Source of the DNA: Octopus sinensis
Taxonomy: Eukaryota
Direction: 5' to 3'
NCBI RefSeq assembly: GCF_006345805.1
Contig: NC_043018.1
Span: 27,156,001 to 27,220,000 of the forward strand
Length of the DNA stretch: 64,000 nucleotides
Positions 11,956-25,683 of this stretch are shown one piece after another. The position numbers and the translations under genes are program-made. Positions within the stretch are counted from its first letter, which is position 1. Every line of letters begins with the position of its first letter. Under the pieces are notes generated by a model. The model did not search any database and had not been told where the DNA came from. It was given only the letters and a program-made list of their open reading frames with translations.

Positions 11956-14900
11956 AATTGTTAATTTTAATTTTTAACTTTTTTCCGGTGTGGTAAGTAG
12001 CTTGCTTTCCAACCACATAGTTCTAGGTTCAGTCCCACTGTGTGCCACCTTCTACTATAGTCACGGAGCCAACCAAAGCTTTATGAGTGGATTTGGTAGA
12101 TGGAAACTGAAAGAAGCCTGTTGTATATGTTCATATTATGTGTGTGTGTGTATTTGTGTGCCTCTGTTTGTCTTCCTACCATCTCTTGACAACCGATGTT
12201 TGTATGTACTAGGCTTACAATGAATATGTCCTGGGGTTGATTTGTTCGGCTAAAGTCGTAGCTCCAGCATGGCCACAAGTCAAATGACTGGAACAAGTTA
12301 AAGAATAAAAGAGTAAAATATAAATTAAAAATAAAAACAAAACAACAAAAGTCAATAGGTCGCACTCAGTAAATGTATTAGGTTGAGGCTCAGCTTAAGA
12401 TGGAAACAAGAAAATGTGTGTAATGTTTTGAGCATGACTCTTCTTCAGAAAGAGGAAAAGTAAAGGTCTGGAGAGAAGGAAAAAATAGCTCTGGAAAAGA
12501 TATCAGTGCTTGTCCTTCTCTCAAGCTTTAGCCTCTCAACACCTGGAATAAAGCCACCTCCCCTTTAAAATACTACCCCCTCTATACATACACACTTAAC
12601 CGAGGGTCCTTTTCTTTTTCCTCTTCCGGTCTTGCAAATTACTTGGCAACTTCACTAGTGCTGGTGCCACAAAAAAAAAAAAAAGGAAAGCACCCAGTAC
12701 AGAAAGTGGTTGGTGCTAGGAAGGACATCCACCTATAGAAACCATGCCAAAAGTGACATTGGGGGTTGTCATCACAGCCCTGTGGCCCCACCAGATTCTT
12801 CTGTCAAACCAATTCTATTAAATCCATGCCATTATAGAAAAGTGACATTAAATGATGATGATGATGATTGTGTGTGTGTGTATGTGTTTGCTTGATTTCA
12901 AGTAGTCTTGTGTTATATAATACGAAGGCACGTGACCCAGTTGGTAGGTTTTTGCGTTTGTGACCAAAACGTTGTGGGTTTGATCCTTGAACTGTGTGGT
13001 GCGTTAGTTTCTATGTCATGTTGCTGCTGAGTGGAGCCTCACAGACTATTGCTCTAGAATTTTTCAAGACGTCAATGGTGCTTGGCGACACCAGCACCCA
13101 ACCCTGCATTTATCGGAGATAGAATAATGGGGATGGGATAAGTGTGTAATTGAATACCCTTGTTTACTACTTACTGAAGTGTGGGGGTGGGAAGGTTTCT
13201 TTAGTCACTACCACCATCACCATTGCTGCTATCATCATCACCACAACCACTACCACCAACACCAGTCCCACCACCATTACCACTACTGCTATCATCACAA
13301 CAACCACTACCACCAACACCAGACCTACCACCATCACTACTGCCGCCAACATCACCACAACAATCACTACTACCAACACCACAACAACCACTACCACCAA
13401 CACCAGACCCACCACCATCACCACTACCACCAACATCACCACAACAACCACCATCACCACAACAACCACTACCACCAACACCAGACCCACCCTCACCACC
13501 ATCACCACTGCTACCATCATCACAACAACTACCACCATCACCAGACCCACTGTTGCTGCCATCATCACCACAACCACCAGCACCAGACCCACCACCACTG
13601 CTGCTACCTCCAGAACCCATACCACAACCTCCACCAGAAACACTACTACCAGCACCACTTATCATCTTCCATCCTTGGTGCCAACTAATTGAAAGGCCAG
13701 AACAAACGTTTCACTGCTTAATCACCATATGAAATAACCTTCTTATGTAGGTTGCTTGACCTGTTAGAAATATCAGTGAAACCTCCCTTAAATCATAGCT
13801 AAATGATGTCTTGAGGGACATAGTTGATGTGATCCTAGATTTCTTTTCTTTTTTTTTCCAATCTACTCTAGGCACAAGGCCCGAGATTTTGGGGGAGGGG
13901 ACCAGACAATTAGATCGATCCCAGCATGTAACTGGTACTTAACTTATCAACCCCTGAAAGGATGAAAGGCAAAGTTGACCTCAGCAGAATTTGAACTTGG
14001 AATGTAAAGACAGACGAAATATTGCTAAGCATTTCACCCACCAATCTAACATTTCTGCCAGCTTGCTGCATTTCATCATCATCATCATCATCATCATCGT
14101 TTAGCGTCCACTTTCCATGCTAGCATGGGTTGGACGGTTCAACTGGGGTCTGGGAAGCCAGAAGGCTGCACCAGGCCCAGTCTGATCTGGCAATGTTTCT
14201 ACGGCTAGATGCCCTTCCTAACGCCAACCACTCCGTGAGTGTAGTGGGTGCTTTTTACGTGCCACTGGCACCAATGCCGGACTAGGCTGGCAAACGGCCA
14301 TGATCGGATGGTGCTTTTTACGTGCCACTGGCACTGGGGCCAGGCAAGGCTGGCAACGGCCACGATCGGATGGTGCTTTATGCATCTATATATTCTTTTC
14401 TGCTTTAAGCACAAGGCCTGAAATTTTTGTGGAGCAGGCCAGTTGATTAGATCAACCCCAGTACGCAACTAGTACTTAATTTATCAACCCCAAAAGGATA
14501 AAAGGCAAAGTCAACCTCAGTAGAATTTGAACTCAGAACGTTAAGACAGACGTAATACCACTAAGCATTTCACCCTGTGTGCTAACATTTCTGCCAGCTT
14601 GCTGCCTTATGATTTGATCCTAGATGTTGAAACATTATGCTGTGGACAAAAAAAAAAAAGACACTGGACTGTCTTTGGTCATTGGTGTCTGAACAACAAC
14701 AACAAATAATTAACTGTCTATTCCTCCTTCCCATCTGGTTTACGTTTATTCAGCAACGAGTTCTTAATATTTATGTTGTTATTCATAGGATAGGAAGCTG
14801 GCACAATTGTTAGCATGCTGGGCTAAATTCTTTGTGGCATTTCATCTGTCTTTACCTTCTGAGTTCAAATTCCGCCAGGGTTGGCTTTGCTTTTCATTCT

Positions 14901-15471
14901 TTTGGGGTTGATAAAATAAATATCAGTTAAGCACTAGAGTCAATGTAATTGTCTAGTCCTCTGCCCCCAAATTTCAGACCTTGTGCTTCTAGTAGAAAGA
15001 ATTGTTATTATTATTATTATTGTTAAGGTGGCAAGCTGGCAGAATTGTTAGCACACTGGATAAAATGCTTAGTGGTATTTTGCCAGTCGCTGCATTCTGA
15101 GTTCAAATTCCACCAAGGTTGACTTTGCCCTTCATCCTTTCAGGGTTGATAAATTAAGTACCAGTGAAACATTGGGGTCAATGTTATCAACTAGTCCCCT
15201 CTTCCTAAAATTTCTGGCCTTGTGCCTATAGTAGAAAAGATTATTATTATTATTAAGGCAGCAAGCTGGCAGAATCATTAGCATACAGGGCAAAAGATTA
15301 ACTGTATTTCACTCGCTACTGCGTTCTGAGTTCAAATTCTGCTGAGGTTGACTTGGTCTTTCATCCTTTCAGGGTTGATAAATTAAGTACCAGTGAAATA
15401 CTGGGTTCGATGTAATCGACTAGTCCCCTCCCCACAAATTTCAGGCCTTATTCCTATTGTAGAGAGGATAA

Positions 15472-15504
<33 letters not shown>

Positions 15505-18500
15505 GAGTGAGCGAGCAGAGCATGCCATCAAAGTGACACTGGGGTAAAATATACGAAGCCCAGTATACCCATCATGACTACCTGTCTGATAAAGGTACAC
15601 CAGGCACATGCATATTATTATTATTTATTATTTATTATTATTATTATATTATTATTATTATTATTATTTATTATTTTTTATTATTATTATTATTTATTAT
15701 TATTATTTATTATTATTATTATTATTATTTAAATAGTGAGCTGTCTGAATTTGAGTTCAAATTCTGCTGAAGTCAGTTTTGCTTTTGTCCAGCCCCAGTC
15801 ATGCACTGGGGTTGATGTAAATGGCTTACCCCTCCCCCAGGAAATGCTGGCCTTGTGCCAGAATTTGAAATCATTGTTTATATATTGTTGATGTTACTGG
15901 AGTTGACTTTGTGTTTTGTCTTTTCGAGGTTTATAAAACAAGTACCAGTCACGCACTGGGGTTGATATAATCGACTTACCTCTCCCCATGAAAATACTGG
16001 TGTTGTGCCAATATTTAAAACCTGTGTGTTGTCATGAAGGTGCATGGCTTAGTGGCTAGAGTGATGGACTCATGATTGTAAAATTGTGGTTTCGATTCCT
16101 GCACCAGGTGATGAGTGGGGTTCTTGAGCAATACACTCCATTTCATGTTGTTCCAGTCCACTCAGGTGGGGTGGAAACAAATGAGTAATCCTGCAACAGA
16201 CCAGGAGGTATATATATATATATATATATATAATTTGTTCAAATTCCGCCAAGGTCAACTTTACCTTTCATCCTTTCGGGGTCGATAAATAAAGTACCAG
16301 TTTCGCACTGGGGTTGATGTAATCATCTTAAACCCTTTGTCTATTCTTTTTTGTCTCCTCTATGTTTAGCCCCTTGTGGGCAATAAAGAAATTTATATAT
16401 ATATATATATGTATGTATATGTATATGTGTTTGTATATATAAATATCTGTAATATAATATGTGACAATTATTCGGTTGCCATAATAAAACTCCAAGTTTT
16501 GGTTATCAGGGTGGAAAACTGCTCTGGCATCTTGTCAGTTATTGAGGCAATCAAAAAATTTTTTAATTGCCTCGATAACTGACTAGATGCTGGAGCAATT
16601 TTCTGTCCTGACATCCGAAACTCAGTCTTATTAGGGCAACCGAATAATTTTCACATATATATTACAGATAAATTCCTCTATTCACATAATATCTAGGTCT
16701 CATTTATTCTTTTGTTGTCTTACCATTACTAAATAAATAGATGTGTGTATTTTTCCCTTGTTAACAATTAACAGGAAAAAATAGATAAATAGTTACCAGG
16801 GTAGCAAAAAAATCACACAAATAAACAGGTTGTAACTCCTTGTTTTTAAAGGTAGAAACTTCAGGTTTACGTGAAATTTTTTGTATAATATATATAAATA
16901 AATAAATATATATATATATATATATGTATAGGTGCACGCTCTGTGTGGTAAGAAGCTTGCTTCCCAACTACAAGGTGGGTGAAAAGTAAGTAGGCATGAA
17001 AAATTGGTAATAAAATCCATGTTCCTTTTACAAATTTATTGAAACAAATGATACATATTCTTTATTACATGGGAAAATGAAAGTAAATATTTCAGCAGAA
17101 GCACTGGTGGTGTCAACCAGTTTCCTCAAATAGTCATGGCTGGATTGAACAACCTTCTGAATCCGTGCCTCCAAGTCCTACGATTTGTACACCTCCTCTT
17201 TTGTGTAACTCCACTGGTACAAATCACATGAAGTGAGATCTGGACCTCTGTGGTCACAGTGTTCAGGCTTTGAGTCCTGCATGTAATGGGGTTTCCCTGA
17301 ACGAAAATTCCATTCTTTGTAGTCAGTCCACCTGTGCATACCTTCCTTCTTGGGACACAAAACTCTACTTGTGAAGACCTATTGAGGCAAGTGAAAATCA
17401 AAATCAAAATCAAAATCGATCAACATCAATGGAATTTGTAGTTGTGATACCAGTGCCAGTGGCACGTAAAAGAACCATCTGAACATGGCCATAGCCAGCA
17501 CCGCATCGACTGCCCTCCGTGCCGGTGGCACGTAACAAACACCATCTGATCGTGGCCGTTGCCAGCCTTGCCTGGCCTCCGTGCCGGTGCACGTAAAAAG
17601 CACCATGTGAGTGTGGCCGTTCGCCAGCCTCGTCTGGCACCTGTGTCGGTGGCCTGTAAAAAGCACCCACTACACTCGCGGAGTGGTTGGCATTAGGAAG
17701 GGCGTCCAGCTGTAGAAACACTGCCAGATCTGACCGGCCTGGTGCAGCCTTCGGGCTTCCCAGACCCCAATTGAACTGTCCAACCCATGAAAGCGGATGT
17801 TAGATGATGATGATGATATGCAACACTGTACGTATTGTATGCCTTGTTAGTGCACTTTCACGAGCTGCTTAATGTTGGCATTTTTACGGGTTGCAATTTC
17901 CTGTACTGTTGCTATGTTCCCCGCTGATTGGGATGTGGTTGGATGGCTACTTCTTCTTGCATCATTCACAGAGCCCGTGGTCATCAGCTCTGCATGACAA
18001 CTTATTGTCTCTGGATGTAGTGTTGCATGTTTACCTTTCCATGCTTGCCACCATCTCTGAACCAAAACAATGGAATTCCACACTTCATAGCATTCTGCTA
18101 TCTTAGCTCGCTCCTGAACAGTCAAGCAACCCAGCCATCTGGAAAATAAGAAATTCTCATTAGAGTTGTCTGTTTCAAAAATGGTTCCATTATGACTTCA
18201 GTGATACTAAAAATTCTATAAGTAATTTCTCATACCTAGTTACTTTCCACCCACCCTAAACCTGGTTCCAGGTTCAGTCCCACTGTGTGGTACCTTGGGC
18301 AAGTATCTTCTACTATAACCTCTGGCTGACCAAAGCCTCATGAATGGAATTGGTAGATGGAAACTGAAAGAAGCCTACGCGGAGTAGATGAAAACTGAAA
18401 GAAGCCTACGTGGAGTAGATGAAGCAGAGGCGACTGCAGAAGGGGAATTTTCCTTGTGTTGTATGTCTTGTATTCTATTTTTTCGTTGTTTAAAAAAAAT

Positions 18501-18640
18501 GTCCGTTTTCTTGGTTTTGTGTTTGTGTTTTCGTTTCTCATTGTGTTTGACGTTTTTTTTTGGTGTCCTGTACCCATATATGCTTGTATATATACATGTA
18601 GATGTAGGTACATATATGCATATGTTTTATTTATTATTTG

Positions 18641-18690
<50 letters not shown>

Positions 18691-21332
18691 ATGTCTGTGT
18701 GTCGTGTCTACTGCTTGACAACCAGTGTTGGTTTGTTTACGTCCCCATAATTTAGTGGTTCAGCAAAGGAGAGTAAAAGAATAACTACTAGGCTTAAAAG
18801 ATAAGTCCTGGGGTTGATTTGTGTGGCTAAGTTAGTGCTCCAGCATGGCCACACTCAAATGACTGAAACAGGTAAAAGAATGAAAGAATATTAAGGGTTT
18901 TAGTCGAACAAATCAATCACAGGACTTATTTATAAGTCTAGTACTTATTCAATTGGCTTTGTTGCAGGGATGTAAACACACTAACACCGGTTGTCAAGTA
19001 GCGATAAGCACAGACACAAAGACACTACGACAAGGCTTTTTTGAGATTCTGTCTACCAAATTCACTCACAAGGCTTTGGTCGGCCCGAGGCTATAGCAGA
19101 AGACACTTGTCTAAGATGTCATGCAGTGGGACTGAACCTGGAACCATGTGGTTAGGAAGCAAGCTTCTTACCACATGCTAGAGGAACTGAGAAACCAACC
19201 TTATGCTCCTTATGTAGCAATGAGGTCTAATGATTTATGTTGTTTTTTGATGATCACTTCCTGCCTTCTTTCCTTCCTTCCTTCCTTTCAATGTAGAAAT
19301 AGGAAAATCTGCATGAAGTAGATTGAATGTATTTATATATCCATAGGTGCAGGAGTGGCTGTGTGGTAAGTAGCTTGCTAACCAACCACATGGTTCTGGG
19401 TTCAGTGCCTCTGCGTGGCACCTTGGGCAAGTGTCTTCTGCTATAGCCCCGAGCCAACCAATGCCTTATGAGTGGATTTGGTAGACGGAAACTGAAAGAA
19501 GCCCATCGTATATATGTATATATATTTGTGTGTCTGTGTTTGTCCCCCTAGCATTGCTTGAAAACCGATGCTGGTGTGTTTATTTCCCTGTCACTTAGCG
19601 GTTCGGCAAAAGAGACTGATTGAATAAGTACTGGGCTTAGAAAAGAATAAGTCCCGGGGTCGAGTTGCTTGATTAAAGGCAGTGCTCCAGCATGGCCACA
19701 GTCAAATGACTGAAACAAGTAAAAGAGTATAACTGTAAAGCTATAACTCTAGGCGTGTGTGTGTGTGTGTGTGTGCTTGGGATGCGTGTACTCTTGAATT
19801 TAGCAAAATAATTGGGTCTTCCACCAAGCTGGTATTTAGTGCATAAATTAATGTGACATTTTGATTGAGAGTTTTAAATTAGTTTACCCATTTTTGTTGC
19901 AGTATTTTTTTTTTTTTTTGAAATACACTGCCTTTGTCTTAATTAGTTTTCAAAATAACGAATGATTATAAGTAAAATGTCCGTCATTTATTTCCCACCC
20001 AAAAAACAAGAAAGGATTGAGTAAAACATCTTTCTCGTTTTTAATTGTGTCAGTTTTTGGAACTTAGAGTATCCTAAAATTTCGATGAGGCATGTATGTA
20101 GGTGTATTTGTGTGTACCTTTGAATCTAGTACAATAACTGTGTCATTAATTAAGCTGGTATTTTGGTGCATAAATTAACATGAAATGTCAGCGGAAGTTT
20201 GTAATTTAGATCTGTTTAATCTTTTTCTCACCATATTTCTGTTCAAATACACTGCATCATCATCATCATCAAAGTTTAACGTCCGCTTTCCATGCTAGCA
20301 TATTTTTTACATTCTACTCTTGTTTTATTGCAATTTGTTTACAAATATTATAAATTTTATAGGATAATATTTTTCTGGGAACAAATTATGGTTCATAACA
20401 TTGCTACTATGGGAAATTATTGCTCTACTCTACAAGTTTTCACTTTACGAGCAGTCGCCAGGAACAAATTAACTCGTATATTGAGGCATTATTATACATT
20501 TCAGGAGAAATGTATAATAATTTTCACTGAGGGTTTTAAATCAGAGCCTTACTGGCACTTGTGCCGGCAGCACGTGGCAAAAAACATTCGAGCGAGGTCG
20601 TTGCCAGTACCACTGGACTAGCTCCTGTGCAGGTGGCACATAAAAAACACCATTTGAGCATGGCCGTTGCCAGTACTGCCTGACTGGCCCTCGTGCCAGT
20701 GGCACATAAAAGCACCCACTACATTCTCGGAGTGATTGGCATTAGGAAGGGCATCCAGCTATAGAAACTCTACCAGATCAGATTGGAGCCTGGTGCAGCC
20801 CTCTGGTTCGCTAGTCCTCAGTCAAATCGTCCAACCCATGCAAGCATGGAAAATGGACATTATGCGATGATGATGATCCCTTTAAGCCTTTTGTCACCAT
20901 GCTTCTGTTAAAAAATACGCTGCCCTTGGTTCAAATAATTTTGAAAATAATGAACAATTGATTAAAATAACTGGTATTTTAAAGCTGGTATTTGAAATAT
21001 GTATTAGCAAAATCTCAATGAAAGGTTCTAATTTAGATAACTATAAGTCTTTTGTTACTATATTTCTATTGAACAAAAACTGCATTTGTTTCAGTTAATC
21101 TTTGATGAAGAATTTGGTAAAATAACTTTCTCATTATTAATTAAGCTGTTGTTAATTACATAAATTAACATGAAATTTTGATGAAAGGTTTTAATTAAGA
21201 TAATTTTAATCCCTTTGTTATTATGTTTTTATTGAAATTCAATGTCTTTGTTTCAATTAATCTTTAATGAATAATTTGCTAAAATAACTTTTGTGTTTAG
21301 AATATCTATTGAAATAGAAATTTTGAGGGAAG

Positions 21333-21389
<57 letters not shown>

Positions 21390-21667
21390 TTTCTTTCGTA
21401 ATGAGATAAAAAACCAAGGCTGTGTAGATTTTAGGACATTTATAGATAGAAGGTCTTATAGCTGTTTCCAGGATATTTATTATATCCCCTCATCGCAGAC
21501 ACTGTGAGAGGATGGTTAAGGAATAGTTAAATTTAGATAAGATAAAAAATAGAGAGTGACGTGGAGGAAATAAAAGAAAATAGATGTGAGATATTGCATT
21601 TGTAGATCCATTATTTTTAAGGTAGAAGGGTATATCTATAATATTCCAATACCTTTATATATATATA

Positions 21668-21698
<31 letters not shown>

Positions 21699-24600
21699 CA
21701 TACATCACCGTGACCGACCAGACCATCAGATGTTGCTACACATCGCTGGTCACAATGCGCTTCGCATTGTTTTAGCCTTCAAATGACGCCACCCCGCTAG
21801 CTAAGCGAGCAGGCCAACAGGAGAAAGTTGTGGCGAAAGAGTACAGCAGGGATTGCCACCACCCCCTGCCGGAGCCTCGTGGAGCTTTTAGGTGTTTTCG
21901 CTCAATAAACACTCACAAGGCCCGGTCTGGGAATCGAAACCACGATCCTACGACTGTGAGTCCGCTGCCCTAACCACTGGGCCATTGCGCCTCCACATAT
22001 GTATATACATACATACATATATGGAATTTGCATCATAGAACAAAGGGTAGCTTGTGAGTTCTTGGGCTCACCACAGATTTAACCCTTTCATTACTGTATT
22101 TATTTTGAGATGCTTTATGTTCCAGCCAAAAACACACCATCCGATCGTGGCCGTTTGCCAGCCTCGTCTGGCACCTGTGGCGGTGGCACGTAAAAAGCAC
22201 CCACTACACTCATGGAGTGGTTGGCATTAGGAAGGGCATCCAGCCGTAGAAACATTGCCAGATCAGATTGGAGCCTGGTGCAGCCTTCTGGCTTCCCAGA
22301 CCCCAGTTGAACCGTCCAACCCATGCCAGCATGGAAAGCGGACGCTAAACGATGATGATGATGATGATGATGATGAATTTAGTAAAATGTCATCGTTATC
22401 ATTGAGCTAGTGTTAGGAACATAAATTGTGACTCAGATTTGGTGGAAGATTTATGAAAACAAAGACATTTATAGTAAAGAGCCAGAGCCGGTTTCAGCCA
22501 GGTTGGTAATGAAAGGGTTAAACATCTAAATCTAAGTGTAAATAAGCATATTATTTTTAGGGAGATTTGGCTGCTATTTCTACAAGGTTATTTCATGACC
22601 TCTTAGAAACATCCTCATTGCTTTGTAATGTTTGCCAATGTTTATCATTATATAACGATGTCTATAAATGAAGCCCTTATTTTAATTTTCAGTGGTCCTG
22701 ACGTTTGTCAATTGTAAGGATGTGAAGTGGGCCACTCGTGTACAAGACATCTTCACTTATGCCAAAGTCTTGGCGTTACTGCTCATTATCATCACTGGCT
22801 TCGTACAGCTAGCTCGAGGTAAGCAAGCACTTTATATTTGTCTTTTTGTTGTTGTTGTTGTTGTTGTCTGCGCAATTTATGTCAGCTGAATTTTGCTCAC
22901 AGATATTCTTTGGTCAACCAGACATAATGAATGAAGATACTTGCCCAAGAGGCCACTCACACTCAGGTTGACATTAGAACAAGTCAGTGTTTGTGATGTG
23001 GACTTTAAATCATAAGATCTCAGCTGCTCCCATTAATAAAGTGAGGATAATTAATAGAAGAAAGCGAGAAGTAAGAAAGTCTAAGTGAAGGTCACTGAGT
23101 AATTAATACAACTATTGATTTACTGCATTAATTAGTGTTGTTAATTTTCGTGCAGCAATACTCAAAGCATTGTACTTAGTGCAACAATGCACAGCAATTA
23201 CACTGTATAACATTTTTTTTTTTTTTGGTCTTTGGTCAGTAAATGTTATTTCAATTTAGCTTCTGTCTAGAAATCAAATGAAATGACTAATTCTCTTCTA
23301 ACTTTGTGTTTGTGACCTGGATTCATCACTGTTTTGAAACTGACCGATTTGCCATTACATTTCCGACAGGTTCAGTGCTGTGTTGCTCAAGCAGAAATAT
23401 CATTGTGGCAAATATTCTGCTCAATATTCTGCGTGGCACCTTGGGCAAGTGTCTTCTACTGTAGCCTCGGGCCAACCAAAGCCTTGTGAGTGGATTTAGT
23501 AGACGGAAACTGAAAGAAGCCCGTCGTATATATGTATATATATATATATGTGTGTGCGTGTATGTTTGTGTGTCTGTGTTTGTCCCATCCAACATCGCTT
23601 GAGAATCGATGCTGGTGTGTTTTATGTCCCCGTCACTTAGCGGTTTGGCAAAAGAGACTGATAGAATAAGTACTGGGCTTACAAAGAATAAGTCCCGGGG
23701 TCGAGTTGCTCGATTTAAGGCAGTGCTCCAGCATGGCCACAGTCAAATGACTCAAACAAGTAAAAGAGAGAGTAAAGAGTAATACTGCGGATTTGCATGT
23801 CAGTTGTTTGACCATAACCACTTGAGCATGTCCCTTAGTGGATGACATTATGTGCATCTCTGATGATGCGCAGGAGTAGTAGGGCAGCATCATAGCCATG
23901 TGTTGAGAGGGATTCTTTGGGGTTTGAATGAGTATTGTAAGAAAAGCAAAGGCTGAAGGAAACATTAGCCATAATTTCATACTTTCTAGGGGTCAGCAAA
24001 TAAGAAATGACAGTTACTCCCCAAGGACAAAAACCGTTGTGACCCTAAACTGTTTATAAAAGTTTAGCCAATGTGTATCATTCATTTTTATAATCCTTTT
24101 GCATCAAAAACCAGTCCAAAAAGTCTACCTTTTTGGTGTCCAAACTAGGCAGATCTGGCTTCTCTGACCTACCCAAAAATGTCATTCTAAAAATAAACAT
24201 GTGTGGTGCAGTATGAAGTTTGCTTTCCAACCACATAACTCTGGGTTCAATCTCTACGTAGCGCCTTGGGCAAGTGTCTTCTATTATAGCCCTGGGTAAG
24301 TGGATTTGTAGTCTGAACTGAAAGAAGCCTGATTACAAACGGTATCATTCATTTCCAATATTCTGTGGAAACATGTCAAGCAATGGGGAAATATTACCTT
24401 TCTTGGAAACAGGTAAGGGTTGGTGAGAGGAAGAGCATCAAACAGTCGAAAATCAGCTTCAAATAATCTCTGTCTGACCCATTACAGGTATGGAGAAGTG
24501 GATGTTAAAACGATAATGATCATGTTAGTCATTGAAATTTGAAAGTTATGAGATAATGCATAATTAATTGCAAACGATGTGAATAAATAGGTATCGCATT

Positions 24601-25443
24601 TGACAGAATAGTCTGAATTCTAAAGGATTAAATTAGCCATACCTAGCTTAAATATTCTACCTGTTTTGTGATCAAGCCAGCTAGATCTGAACTCTCACAC
24701 CTACCCTCACACCTACCCTACAAATAAGCAGTACATTTGATAGAGTAATTTGGATATAGGCGCAGGACTGGCTGTGTGGTAAGTAGCTTGTTTACCAACC
24801 ACATGGTTCCGGGTTCAGTCCCACTGCGTGGCACCTTGGGCAACCAAAGCCTTGTAAGTGGATTTGGTAGACGGAAACTGAAAGAAGCCTGTCATATATA
24901 TGTATATATATGTGTGTGTGTGTGTGTGTTTGTCCCCCCAACATCGCTTGACAACCGATGCTGGTGTGTTTATGTCCCTGTCACTTAGCGGTTCGGCAAA
25001 AGAGACTGATAGAATAAGTACTGGGCTTACAAAAAGAATAAGTCCCGGGGTCGAGTTGCTCGATTAAAGGCGGTGCTCCAGCATGGCCACAGTCAAATGA
25101 CTGAAACAAGTAAAAGAGTATACTAAAGGGATGAAGTTTGTAGGGGTGTAATTTGAGGGAGGTTTGGTTGATGTATATAGCTGGTCAAAGCAACCACGTG
25201 GGTTCCTTTGGTAGCTTGTTGTTGGTGATGACAGTGATGGCTGAGGTGTTGATTCTTCTTTATTTTCTATTTTTACAAGGAAATTTTGAGTATCTTCAGA
25301 CTTCATTTGAAGACAGTGAAACAGATGTCACGAAAATCGCTCTTGCATTTTATTCTGGTCTTTTTGCTTACAATGGATGGTAAGTAGCATTTTTTGTTAT
25401 TCGTTCCTCTTTGATTTCTAATATTATTATTATTATATATATA

Positions 25444-25498
<55 letters not shown>

Positions 25499-25517
25499 GA
25501 ATATATGTATGTATATA

Positions 25518-25559
<42 letters not shown>

Positions 25560-25569
25560 TATATGTATG

Positions 25570-25621
<52 letters not shown>

Positions 25622-25649
25622 ATAAATATATGTATATATATATACATAT

Positions 25650-25683
<34 letters not shown>

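Noticed and set aside
13150-13732. Thr-rich mucin-like, His-rich, Pro-rich and Gly-rich ORFs
   Set aside because: Triplet minisatellite open in five frames; intronic; no signal peptide or splice context
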